A stretch of 64,000 bases of DNA, from positions 53,785 through 117,784 of the forward strand of contig CAVYSY010000047.1 of NCBI GenBank assembly GCA_963771175.1, read 5' to 3'. The number at the start of each line of letters is the position of its first letter. The first letter of the stretch is position 1. The translations under genes and the position numbers were made by a program. Origin of the DNA: an uncultured delta proteobacterium. Its GTDB lineage: Bacteria; Myxococcota; Myxococcia; Myxococcales; Myxococcaceae. This document shows positions 33,899 to 44,965 of this stretch, piece after piece. A model generated the notes under the pieces. It did not search any database and was not told the origin of the DNA. It was given only the letters and a program-made list of their open reading frames with translations.

Positions 33899-36538
33899 AT
33901 GAGTGACTCGACCCACAAGCCGCCGCGCCTTGCTCTCGCCTATGCCAGCCTGCTGGTCCGCAAGCCAGGAATGGTCCTCCTCGCGATCCTCGCACTGTTG
34001 GCCGTGTCGGGGTGGGCGATGTCGAAGCTGACCATCAACTCCAACCAGCTCGACCTCATCTCGCAGGACCTCCCCGAGGTCGTCGAGGTCAAGCGCGTCA
34101 TCGACATGGTGGGTGGCAGCGGCTACCTCATGATGGCCTTCCGTTCCGAGAGCGAGCCCACGCTCAAGAAGGTGGCCGACGACATCGCCGCGAAGCTGCT
34201 GGCGGACAAGGAGCACGTCCGCTTCATCACCTACAAGGTGCCGGTCGAGTTCGTGCAGCAGAACATGGCCCTCTTCATCAAGACGGAGGACCTGGCCGAG
34301 GGCAAGCGCCGCATCATGGCGTACCTGAAGGATCAGCTGCGCCGCAACAACCCCTTCTTCATCGAAATCCAGAAGACCGAGCCGGTGAAGCTCGACCTGA
34401 CGGACCTCATCGACAAGTACAGCAGCGTCGGCAAGAAGAGCATCCGGGATGACTACTACATCTCGAACGACCGCAAGATGATGCTCATCCTCATCAAGCC
34501 GATGTGGGACTCCAATCAGCTCGGCCAGACCAAGGAGTTCGTCGAGCAGCTCCGCAAGGACCTCGCCGGCTACTCGGCCGGCGGCGTGAAGCTGGTGGAG
34601 GACTACGACAAGATGGGTGACGACAAGCTCGTCGCCTACGGCTTCACCGGCTCCTACAAGACGGCGGTGGACGACTCGTACGCCATCGAGGAGTCGCTGC
34701 AGCCGGTGTCGCTCATCGCCTTCGCGGCCATCTTCGTCATCACCATCCTGGCCTTCCGCAAGTGGGTGCCCACCCTCATCGTGGCCAGCGGCACGGTGAT
34801 CGGCACCGTCATGACCATGGGCTTCACCTACGTCACCGTGGGCGAGCTCAACATGATCACCAGCATCCTCGGCGGCCTGCTGCTGGGGTTCGGCATCGAC
34901 TACGGCATCCACTTCATCTTCCGCACGCGGCTGGAGCTGGGCCAGGGCAAGCGCTACGACGACGCCATCCGCGACGCGGTCATCAACGCGGGCCGGCCGG
35001 CGCTGGTGTCCGCGGTGGTGACGTCGGGCTCGTTCTTCGTGCTGATGCGCAGCGAGTTCCGCGGCTTCAGCCAGTTCGGCTTCCTGGCCGGGTGCGGCAC
35101 GTTCCTCATCGGCGTGCTGCTGTTCGCCTGGAGCCCGGCGCTGCTGGCGCTGCTGGGCCGCATCAACCCCGAGCTGCCCAAGAAGCTCATCGGCGAGATG
35201 AAGCCGCCGGCCACCCAGAGCGCCTCCACGGGCAAGGAGCTGCGCATTCCCCGGCCCGGTCTGATGCTCGTGGTGGGCACCATCATCGTGGGCTTCATGT
35301 GCGCCTTCGCCCTCCCCTGGAGCGACGTGGACGTGCCCACGGATCGTCCCGCCTCCATGGCCGATCGCATCAAGGCCGGCGTGCGCTTCAACTACAACAG
35401 CCGCGCCCTCATCCCCGAGGGCCAGTCGTCGGTGCGGCTGCAGGATGAGATCAGCGCGCGCTTCAACATCTCCAGCGATCCCATCGCCGTCTACACGAAG
35501 ACGCTGGAGGAGACGAAGGCCGTCTACGACGAGCTCACCGATCCCAAGAACAAGGAGAAGTACTCCGCCATCGACCAGGTGGTGAGCATCTACACCTTCG
35601 TCCCGCCGCCGGGCACGGCCGAGGCCAACGCGAAGATCCTCACGGAGTGGAAGGAAGAGCTGAAGGACATCGACGTGGCGGCGCTGCCCCCGGAGGCGCA
35701 GGACAAGGCGGCCCTCTTCATGAAGATGCTGGAGGCCAAGCCCTTCGACGTGCACGGGGTGCCGGACGTCTACGCCTCGCAGTTCCGCCACCTGCCGGAG
35801 ACGAAGCCGGAGAACCACGGCTACCTGACGTTCATCTACCCGAACGTGGACCTGTGGGACGGCAAGAAGATGCTCACCTTCGTCGATCAGACGAGCAAGA
35901 TTCCCACGCCGGAGATCAAGGATGCCTCGGGCAAGGTCATCGCCGCGTCACAGGATCGCCGTGCGGCGGGCTCGGCGCCGCTGTTCGCGCGGCTGGCGCG
36001 CATCGTGCTCTCCGATGGCCAGTGGGCGGTGCTCCTCGTCACGCTGTGGATCCTGGTGATGCACTTCCTGGACTTCCGCAACGTGAAGCTGGCGCTGGCG
36101 TCCGTCATCCCGCTCACGGTGGGCCTCGCCATGATGCTCGGCATCATGACGCTGGCGGACCTGCACCTGAACTTCATGAACATCATCATCCTGCCCATCC
36201 TGCTGGGCTTCGGGGTGAGCCACGGGCTGTACCTGCTGCACCGCTACCTGGAGGGCACCTCGCCGGTGGTGGCGCTGCGCAGCGTGGGCGCGGCGGTGGC
36301 CTCGTCCACGCTGACGACGGCCGCGGGCTTCGCCGCCCTCCTGGCCGCCAGCCACAACGGCCTCAAGTCCATGGGCCTCGTGGCCTGCATCGGCCTCATC
36401 ACCACACTGGTGGTGTCCTTCACGGTGCTCGCCGCGGTGATGCAGGTGATGTGGGACCGGCTGCCGCGCAAGCTGCAGGACGGCGTGCAGCCGCCGACTC
36501 CCGCCCACAAGCCCTCGGACAAGTCCGAGGCGGCCTGA
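33899..36538 (+). CDS. MMPL/RND-family transporter
   Basis: Two TM bundles with periplasmic loops; GFGIDYGIH, FRGFSQFG, TTAAGFAAL. Confidence 0.9.
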   Translation: MSDSTHKPPRLALAYASLLVRKPGMVLLAILALLAVSGWAMSKLTINSNQLDLISQDLPEVVEVKRVIDMVGGSGYLMMAFRSESEPTLKKVADDIAAKLLADKEHVRFITYKVPVEFVQQNMALFIKTEDLAEGKRRIMAYLKDQLRRNNPFFIEIQKTEPVKLDLTDLIDKYSSVGKKSIRDDYYISNDRKMMLILIKPMWDSNQLGQTKEFVEQLRKDLAGYSAGGVKLVEDYDKMGDDKLVAYGFTGSYKTAVDDSYAIEESLQPVSLIAFAAIFVITILAFRKWVPTLIVASGTVIGTVMTMGFTYVTVGELNMITSILGGLLLGFGIDYGIHFIFRTRLELGQGKRYDDAIRDAVINAGRPALVSAVVTSGSFFVLMRSEFRGFSQFGFLAGCGTFLIGVLLFAWSPALLALLGRINPELPKKLIGEMKPPATQSASTGKELRIPRPGLMLVVGTIIVGFMCAFALPWSDVDVPTDRPASMADRIKAGVRFNYNSRALIPEGQSSVRLQDEISARFNISSDPIAVYTKTLEETKAVYDELTDPKNKEKYSAIDQVVSIYTFVPPPGTAEANAKILTEWKEELKDIDVAALPPEAQDKAALFMKMLEAKPFDVHGVPDVYASQFRHLPETKPENHGYLTFIYPNVDLWDGKKMLTFVDQTSKIPTPEIKDASGKVIAASQDRRAAGSAPLFARLARIVLSDGQWAVLLVTLWILVMHFLDFRNVKLALASVIPLTVGLAMMLGIMTLADLHLNFMNIIILPILLGFGVSHGLYLLHRYLEGTSPVVALRSVGAAVASSTLTTAAGFAALLAASHNGLKSMGLVACIGLITTLVVSFTVLAAVMQVMWDRLPRKLQDGVQPPTPAHKPSDKSEAA

Positions 36539-36642
36539 GTGGGATGACACGCCGCATCGAGGCGTGTGACACCGCGCCGGATGAACATCTCCGGCGCAAC
36601 CGATTGGAAGGGAGCCGTCGCCCCCGATGAGACGGAGCGCTT

Positions 36643-36752
36643 AGCAATCCAGCCCAGTCCACTCGCGGCGTCCGCTCCTTCTTCAGTTCCTCCCTCGCCG
36701 CGGCCTCAGGCGCCACGCTCGCCCCCTCCTCTCCTGCTTGGGGGAGCAAGTG
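36643..36752 (-). mobile_element. Short remnant of an IS91-like (Transposase_32) transposase C-terminal region
   Basis: Translates to LLPQAGEEGASVAPEAAAREELKKERTPRVDWAGLL, recognised from memory as a myxobacterial IS91-like transposase segment; no ends or catalytic core present. Confidence 0.55.
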
Positions 36753-36961
36753 AATCTCGCAGGAAAGCAGCGAGGTGGTCAGTCCGTGTCGAATTCGCGC
36801 ACCCTCTGGCGCGCTTCGGCCAGCAGCTTGCTGTTCCAAAGTCACCTTGCCTTCGCTCATCTCGACCGCCCAGCTCAGATTCCAACTGCCGGAAAGACCG
36901 AAATCGGCACCTGCTTTGTGCCGAAGCCGGCCAGCATCGGCATCTCCGCCGGATGTCCCCA

Positions 36962-37198
36962 TCACGACTTCATCTCCTCCTCGAGGATTCGCCGCCCTTC
37001 AGCGAGGAGCTGGACCAGTTGGTCATAGGAAAAAAGCTTGTTGGCTCCTCCCTCATGCAGCGCCACCTCGATCTCGCCTTCGTCAGTGGCGGAGATGTCG
37101 AACAGCACCGTGTCACCCTCCACGAGCTCGAAGATCGGATGCTCGCGATCGAGGGGAGAGAACTTCCGAAAGTGTGGATTCCTTACTCGGCTGTTCAA
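36962..37198 (-). CDS. Putative orphan immunity protein (78 aa)
   Basis: Small, lower-GC ORF; its TTG start overlaps the TGA of the truncated toxin copy; GAGGAG RBS. Confidence 0.6.
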   Translation of the reverse strand: MNSRVRNPHFRKFSPLDREHPIFELVEGDTVLFDISATDEGEIEVALHEGGANKLFSYDQLVQLLAEGRRILEEEMKS

Positions 37199-37389
37199 GG
37201 TCTTCTCCTCAGGGACTGATCACGCTGGAGGACCGCCTTGGAGGCATCGGCGCTGTCGCTGGCGGCGGCCAGCGTGGGCAGGCCCGACAGCAGCAGCACG
37301 AGGCAGGTGGCCAGCACGCCCGCAGTCAGGGAGAGGCCTCTCCGCGCCCCGCCGCGAACCGGGCAGCCGCTCGTCGTGGCAGCGGACAT
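37195..37389 (-). pseudogene. Internally deleted toxin gene: signal peptide joined to an 8-codon tail
   Basis: MSAATTSG...LSGLPTLAAASDSADASKAVLQR duplicates the toxin N-terminus, then DQSLRRRP and stop. Confidence 0.75.
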
Positions 37390-37455
37390 CATCCACCCCC
37401 CCAGGCCCAACGAGACGAAGGCGCCAGGCCTCAAGCTGGAGTCCGGCTGCGGGAA
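37221..37455. repeat. Direct repeat copy A (sitB-like 3' end + toxin 5' end)
   Basis: Aligns to 38493-38726 with about 17 differences over about 235 bp (manual count). Confidence 0.95.
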
Positions 37456-37797
37456 TCAGAACGATTCGAGGCTCGACTCGAAAAAGTCGAGGTCGTTCTC
37501 GATGACCTTCATGCCAGCCGCCACGATGACGAAACGCTTCCCATGGCTCACAATCACATGCACATCCCGCTCAGCCACGTCCTCGCGAAAGGCGACATGG
37601 ACTCGACGGAGGTCATCGGCTGTGGGGTTGCTGATCTCAATCTCCCCGAGTTTGGTCGGGAGATTCACGAAGTCCACTCCCGCGAAGATGATATCCACGT
37701 TCTTCGGGTGCCGTTCGGTGCGTGCGCTTCGGAGCAGAAGCTGATCGTGGCTGACCCGGAACTCCCAGACGCGGAAGGTTCGTCCTGACAGATTCAT
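37456..37797 (-). CDS. Putative cognate immunity protein (113 aa)
   Basis: Starts 12 nt after the toxin stop, with GAGGTG RBS; F.VW.F.VSH.QLLLRS...VDIIF.GV pattern; lower GC. Confidence 0.75.
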   Translation of the reverse strand: MNLSGRTFRVWEFRVSHDQLLLRSARTERHPKNVDIIFAGVDFVNLPTKLGEIEISNPTADDLRRVHVAFREDVAERDVHVIVSHGKRFVIVAAGMKVIENDLDFFESSLESF

Positions 37798-37809
37798 CGA
37801 GCACCTCAA

Positions 37810-38662
37810 TCACTGAAACGGGTTCGGCACGACCTTGCCATCTCGGAAGAACGTGATCCGCTCCCACCACTGCGGGTTGGTCTTGATTTGGAGCAACTCC
37901 CAGTCAGTAGCTCCGCCGCGCCCCGCCGCTGAACGAGACACTGCGCGCCAAGCGTCATAAATTCCAGTCAGATTAAAACTGACGCGGTTCGCGGGGTTGC
38001 TCATGATCTCGGTGAACGCCGACTTCCACTTCGTGGGATTGGCGCGAGCCCACTCCTTCCATGTGCTTCCACCGACCGACTTCGCGAAATCATCGAGGTG
38101 GTCGGCAAGGCCGAGCGCGATGTGCTTTCCCGGCGTTGCGGCAAGCTGGGGGGCCTTCAACACGGGCGGCAGGGCAGCAGCGTTCGTTCCCGCGGCCTGG
38201 CCTACGACCTTCAAGGTATCGGCCATGCCCTGGTAGTACTGGCTGCTCAGTTGCGCCTGTGCCTCGTCCAGCTCGTCGGTGCCGAAGTTCGCCGGCATCG
38301 GCACCTCCGGCGCGGCCTCCCGGAAGAAGGCCCGCCGCTCCTGGGGCGACATCTCCATGAGCTGGTCCGCCGTGACACGCTCCGCAGCCTCCGCACCTCC
38401 TCTCTCGGCCGGTAAGGGATGACCGGCCGGGTCGGCGGTGGGTGGGCGAGCGGAAACAGGGGCCGCCGCGCTGGCTGACTTGCGCTTCTTGCCACGCTGA
38501 AGGACCGCCTTGGAGGCATCGGCGCTGTCGCTGGCGGCGGCCAGCGAGGGCAGGCCCGACAGCAGCAGCACGAGGCTGGTGGCCAGCACGCCCGCAAGTC
38601 AGGGAGAGGCCTCTCCGCGTCCCGCCGCGAACCGGGTAACCGCTTATCGTGTCAGCGGACAT
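37810..38662 (-). CDS. Secreted polymorphic toxin, C-terminal domain Ntox27-like (extra base at 38596/7)
   Basis: ATG overlaps the 3' end of the sitB-like gene; hydrophobic signal; C-terminal IALGL..FA..VG..W..W..F..FNL.G..T.WEL..I..ITFF domain; repeat copy A shows the in-frame version at the indel. Confidence 0.7.
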
Positions 38663-38726
38663 AATCCACTCCCAGGCCCAACGAGACGAATGCGCTAGGC
38701 CTCAGGCTGGAGTCCGGCTGCGGGAA
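38493..38726. repeat. Direct repeat copy B
   Basis: Partner of 37221-37455. Confidence 0.95.
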
Positions 38727-39994
38727 GAAGAGAGTGCCCCCTTGCGCCAGCCCGTAGAAGTGCCGGGCGAAGCGGCAGCGCACCTCCGCCGAAAAGGTGT
38801 AACGCGCGCCGGGCTGCCCCACGGCCGTCGCGATGGCGCTGAACGCCAGCCCCATGCGCCGCTGGGCGAGGTAGGTTGACACACGCGCGTCGGCGTCCAC
38901 CCGGCCCCAGGTGAAGACCTCTGCCGCCACCGAGAGCTCGAGGTTGCGCTCCGCGGCGTCGCGGTCGATGGAGTCCCACCCCACCACCAACTCCCCGAAA
39001 GCGGAGTAACCGTCCGGGAAGGGCGCCTCGGCCGCAGGCACCGGCGAAGGTCCAGCGGCGGTGAAGCGAGCGAGTTCGTAGTCCGGGCCGAAGAAGCCCT
39101 GGCGGAAGCCGCCCCGCTGGATCCGCGCCTCCAACCGCCCCCCAGCTCCAGCGTGGGGCTGCGTTGCTCCAGCCCGAGGCCCACCACCGCGCCCCATGCG
39201 CCAGGCCGTTCAGGGCGTGCGCCTCCTCCGGCCACCGCGTGCACCTGGAAGTCCTCCTGGAAGATGAACACCGCGTTGAGGTCCGCATGCGCCAGCGTCA
39301 CCGGGGCGGAGCGACCACCGGCCCGGCCAAAGTCGTGCACGGCCGACAGGGAGAGGGTGTAGCGTCCGGGCTCCCTGGGACGGCCTGCCACCAGGTGCAC
39401 CAGGTCCAGTGCCACCTCGCCGCCCAGCAGGCGAGCCCCCAGCACGTCGCTCCCAAACAGCTCGGCGTACGCCGGACCCAAGGTCCCCGTGAGGTAGGCG
39501 CCGGCGGGGTGGTAGTCCGGGTTGGCGCGGTTGCTGTAGCGCCGCACCAAGTGCCCATTCAGCAGACTGTAGTCCTCCAGCGCCCCAACCCACAGCGCCA
39601 CCGGGGAGGTGTCCTGGCCCAACCTCAGCGCGCGTACCACTTGGCCGAAATCAGACAGGCTGTCCCAGTCCTCCGCGCGCAACAACCCCCCGCCGCGCTC
39701 CGTCCCGGCGGCACCGCTCGCCACCCGCAGCCGCAGTGGCGCGCCCACGTCGAAGCCCCAGTCGTCGCCCCCGTCCAGGATGAAGCTCGGCGCCACCTGC
39801 GCGAAGACCTCGAGCGAGCCAGCCTGTGCTCGCGGTCGCAGCGTCAGCCCCGTCAGCTCCAGCCGAGCCCAGGAGTGCACCCCCTCGTCCACGGAAATGG
39901 AAGCCCCGCCATCCCCGGTCCGCGCCTCTCCCTGCTCCATGGCCCCCGCATCGCCCTGAGTCAGCAAAAGCATCACGAGAAGCGTGCTCGTCAT
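38652..39994 (-). CDS. SitB-like exported/outer-membrane accessory protein (frameshift near 39140)
   Basis: EDWDSLSDFGQ, GHLVRRYSNRANPDYHPAG, GGFRQGFFGPDYELARF and C-terminal GGTLFFPQPDSSLRPSAFVSLGLGVDYVR, recognised from memory as the family preceding SitA toxins; amphipathic beta-strand pattern. Confidence 0.7.
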
Positions 39995-40037
39995 GGCTTC
40001 CTCCAAGCGATGGAGCGGGCTCGCCGCCGGGTAGACG

Positions 40038-40766
40038 TCAGGCCGAGCCCGTGGCCCTACGCCACGCCCCGAGGAGGTTGTCGACGACCTCCTGCAGGCC
40101 CACGCCCTTCGTCACCTGGGTGAAGACGAAGGGCCCCTCACCGCGCATCTTCCGCGCGTCGCGCTCCATCACCGACAGGTCCGCGCCCACGTGCGGCGCC
40201 AGGTCCGTCTTGTTGATGACCAGCAGGTCGGACTGGGTGATGCCCGGCCCTCCCTTGCGCGGCACCTTGTCCCCGCCCGCCACGTCGATGACGTAGACGG
40301 TGTAGTCCGCCAGCTCGCGGCTGTACTGCGCCGCCAGGTTGTCGCCGCCGCTCTCCACGATGAGCAGCTCCGGCTTGAGCTCCTCCATGAGCTCCTCGAG
40401 CGCCAGCAGGTTGTGGCTGATGTCCTCGCGGATGGCCGCATGCGGACAGCCGCCCGTCTCCACCGCCCTGATGCGCTCGGGCGAGAGCGCCTTGTTGCGC
40501 ACCAGGAACTCGGCGTCCTCCTTGGTGAAGATGTCGTTGGTCACCACGCCCAGCCGGTACTGGTCCCTCAGCGCCCGGCACAGCGCCAGCACCAGCGCCG
40601 TCTTCCCGCTCCCCACCGGCCCGCCGATGCCGATGGTGAAGGACCTCGACGAGAAGTCGCGCCGCTTGGGCGCCTCACGCTCGTGGTAGTGGCCCGGGTG
40701 GTCCCAGTCCTCGTGCGTGTGGTCGTGGTCGTCGTCATGGCCGTGGCCGCGGTGGTCGTCGTGCAT
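40038..40766 (-). CDS. ureG: Urease accessory GTPase with His-rich N-terminus
   Basis: [35 protein letters not shown]. Confidence 0.95.
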   Translation of the reverse strand: MHDDHRGHGHDDDHDHTHEDWDHPGHYHEREAPKRRDFSSRSFTIGIGGPVGSGKTALVLALCRALRDQYRLGVVTNDIFTKEDAEFLVRNKALSPERIRAVETGGCPHAAIREDISHNLLALEELMEELKPELLIVESGGDNLAAQYSRELADYTVYVIDVAGGDKVPRKGGPGITQSDLLVINKTDLAPHVGADLSVMERDARKMRGEGPFVFTQVTKGVGLQEVVDNLLGAWRRATGSA

Positions 40767-40774
40767 GGTTCACC

Positions 40775-41437
40775 TCAGGAAAGGAAGAGCCGCGAGTAGA
40801 GCCGGTCGTGCGTGGCGCCGAGCAGGTCCATCAGCGGCGACGTCTGCGCCAGCGACTCCAGGCCCAGCCCGGCGCAGGACTCGAGCACCGCGTCCAGCAC
40901 CGGGGCGCACTGGTGCTGGAGCTGGTGGGACTCGTGCGTGCCCACGATGCCCAGCCGCACCGCCGCGGACAGCGCGCCCCGCAGGGTGAGGGACAGGCAG
41001 AGCCGCTGCGAGTCCAACAGCTCGACGTCCAGGGCGCGCAGCACCGCGCCGAAGAGGGGCGCGTGGTGGTAGCGCGACTTCGCCTCCCGAACGGCCTGCC
41101 GCAGCGGCGCCACGGGCCCGGGGAAGATGCGCGCGCACGTGTCCAGGAAGGCCCGCCCCTGCGTGCGGCTCGCCCGGTTGGCCACGTGGTTGGTGAGGAA
41201 CGCCTCCGTGCGAGCGTCCAGCGACTCCAGCGTGCCGGGCTCGCGCCAGGCCTCGCTCAGCAGCGGCAGCGCTCCGTACCCCGTCTGCCACAGCAGCTCG
41301 CGCACGAAGCGCTCCAGGCCCTCGCCGCCGCGCACCTCGCCCTGCTGCACCGCCGCCTCCAGGCCCCCCGAGTGCGCGAAGCCCCCAGTGGGGAAGCCCG
41401 AGTCGGCCAGTTGCAACACCCTCCACGGGGAGCCCAT
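40775..41437 (-). CDS. ureF: Urease accessory protein UreF
   Basis: LQLADSGFPTGGFAHSGGLE, AAVRL, C-terminal HDRLYSRLFLS. Confidence 0.93.
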   Translation of the reverse strand: MGSPWRVLQLADSGFPTGGFAHSGGLEAAVQQGEVRGGEGLERFVRELLWQTGYGALPLLSEAWREPGTLESLDARTEAFLTNHVANRASRTQGRAFLDTCARIFPGPVAPLRQAVREAKSRYHHAPLFGAVLRALDVELLDSQRLCLSLTLRGALSAAVRLGIVGTHESHQLQHQCAPVLDAVLESCAGLGLESLAQTSPLMDLLGATHDRLYSRLFLS

Positions 41438-41448
41438 GGCACCGTCCC

Positions 41449-43160
<1,712 letters not shown>

Positions 43161-43164
<4 letters not shown>

Positions 43165-43925
43165 GCGCCCTCCTCGTGTCCGAAGCCCCGCGCGGCCACC
43201 TCGGCCAGGGCGCGCTCCTGGTTCTCCGGCGTCACTGGCCCGGACCCCAGCGCGTTGCCCCCCTGCACCACCCGCGCCCCCGCGATGGACACGAGCGACA
43301 CCGTCTTCTTCTCCCCGGGCTCGAAGCGCACCGCCGTGCCCGCCGGGATGTCCAGCCGCCGCCCGTACGCCTTGGCCCGGTCGAAGACGAGCGCCCGGTT
43401 CGTCTCGAAGAAGGGGTAGTGGCTTCCCACCTGCACGGGACGGTCTCCCCGGTTGGTGACCTCCACGGTGACGGCGTCGCGGCCCTCGTTGAGCACCAGC
43501 TCGCCCGGCTGCACGAGCACCTCGCCCGGCCGCGTCTCCTCGTGCGCTCCTCGCGTGAAGCGCTCCAGCGGCGGTACGGGAAGGAAGCTGCCGTAGAGCG
43601 CCAGCGACAGGTCTCCATGCTCGACCTCGACGGGGTGGTGCACCGTCACCAGCTTCGAGCCGTCCGGGAAGGTGCCCTCCACCTGCACCTCCGCCACCAT
43701 CTCCGGCACGCCCTCCATCACCTGCGCGCGCCCCAGCAGCTTCCGCCCCAGGTCCATCAACTCGGCCACGCTCCGGCCGTCACGGATGAACTCGAGGAGC
43801 TGGGTGGCGATGAGCGCGACCGCCTCGGGGTAGTTGAGCCGCAGCCCCCGCGCCAGACGCTTCTGGGCCAGGAAGCCCGCGCCGTGCAGCAACAGCTTGT
43901 CTATCTCACGCGGCGACAGGTGCAT
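43161..43925 (-). CDS. ureAB: Fused urease gamma/beta subunit
   Basis: [28 protein letters not shown] (gamma) in frame with [22 protein letters not shown] (beta). Confidence 0.93.
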
Positions 43926-44020
43926 GCGCCCCTCCGGGTGGGCCATCCGGGAGCAGGCCCGGGCAGGCCGGGGCTCACCCTATCGCGGCGCGTCATTCAC
44001 GACCAGGGCGGGTTGTGACT

Positions 44021-44872
44021 TCACGCCCGGCGTGCCCACGGGTCATCGCCGAGGAGCGGGGAGAGGAAGGACAGCCAGTCGCGGGTGGTGCGCAGCAGCG
44101 CCTCGACGGAGGTGGCCGCCACCCGGAGCACCAGTCCGTCGGGCCCGAGCGGGCTGGCGGAGCAGACGAGCCCGGCGCGAGGAGTGACGGGCAGGGCCCC
44201 CACGAGCCCGGCGAGCGCCTCACGAGCGGAGGCCAGGGCGGGCCCCACCAGGAGCACGGTGGCGAGCGCGTCGAAGCGGCCGAGGCGCGCGGGGAGCGGC
44301 CCATGTGCGGGGTCGAGCAGCCAGCGCTCGTCGAGCAGCGCCCGCCCCTCCCGGTGGACCCGGAGCGCGGAGACGTAGTGGGTGAAGGCCCAGCGCTCGC
44401 CGTTGGCGCTGCGGCCCGCGGTGACGACATCCAGCAGGACGAGCGAGGCGCCCGGGGCGAGCTGGACGTCCTGGCGTTGCGTGTACCGGGCCCCGGCGAA
44501 GCACATGGTGGGGTCCGGCACCAGCGCGAGCAGCGCGCCCTCGCCCACCCGGGCCGACAGCTCGCTCCGACAGCCACGCGGCGAGCGATAGACGCGGTTG
44601 GCGCCCTGGCTCGACAGGAGCGCGGAGGCTCCCTCGGCCACGTCCAGCTCCACGGAGAGGTGGTCGCCATCCACCAGTCCCCCTCCGAGCGAGCTGGTGT
44701 AGACCCAGGCGGCGTGCCCGTGGTTGCGCGGCGTCAGCAAGCGCAGCGGACTGTGCGCGAGCGCGGTGCGCACCACGGTCCGGTTCCCCACCCGCTCGAA
44801 GGCGAGCCGCGCATCTCCCGCGCGCCCAGGCCGGGGCACTGTGAATGGCTGAAGGTGCTCACCTCGAATCAT
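44021..44872 (-). CDS. ureD: Urease accessory protein UreD (start uncertain)
   Basis: GGGLVDGD, SQGANRVYR, PDPTMCFAGARY, GRSANGERW. Confidence 0.9.
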   Translation of the reverse strand: MIRGEHLQPFTVPRPGRAGDARLAFERVGNRTVVRTALAHSPLRLLTPRNHGHAAWVYTSSLGGGLVDGDHLSVELDVAEGASALLSSQGANRVYRSPRGCRSELSARVGEGALLALVPDPTMCFAGARYTQRQDVQLAPGASLVLLDVVTAGRSANGERWAFTHYVSALRVHREGRALLDERWLLDPAHGPLPARLGRFDALATVLLVGPALASAREALAGLVGALPVTPRAGLVCSASPLGPDGLVLRVAATSVEALLRTTRDWLSFLSPLLGDDPWARRA

Positions 44873-44965
44873 GAGACGACAAGAGTGCCGCAGGGTTTCC
44901 AAAAGACAACGTTCGTGGGCGAACAATCCTCGCCCCCTCCCGGATCTGGCCCATTAGATGAAGGG

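Noticed and set aside
44886..44901. Sigma54 promoter for the urease cluster (TGGAAAC..GGCA, GG-N10-GC)
   Set aside because: Poor match to TGGCAC-N5-TTGC and likely by chance at high GC; the ureD start is also uncertain
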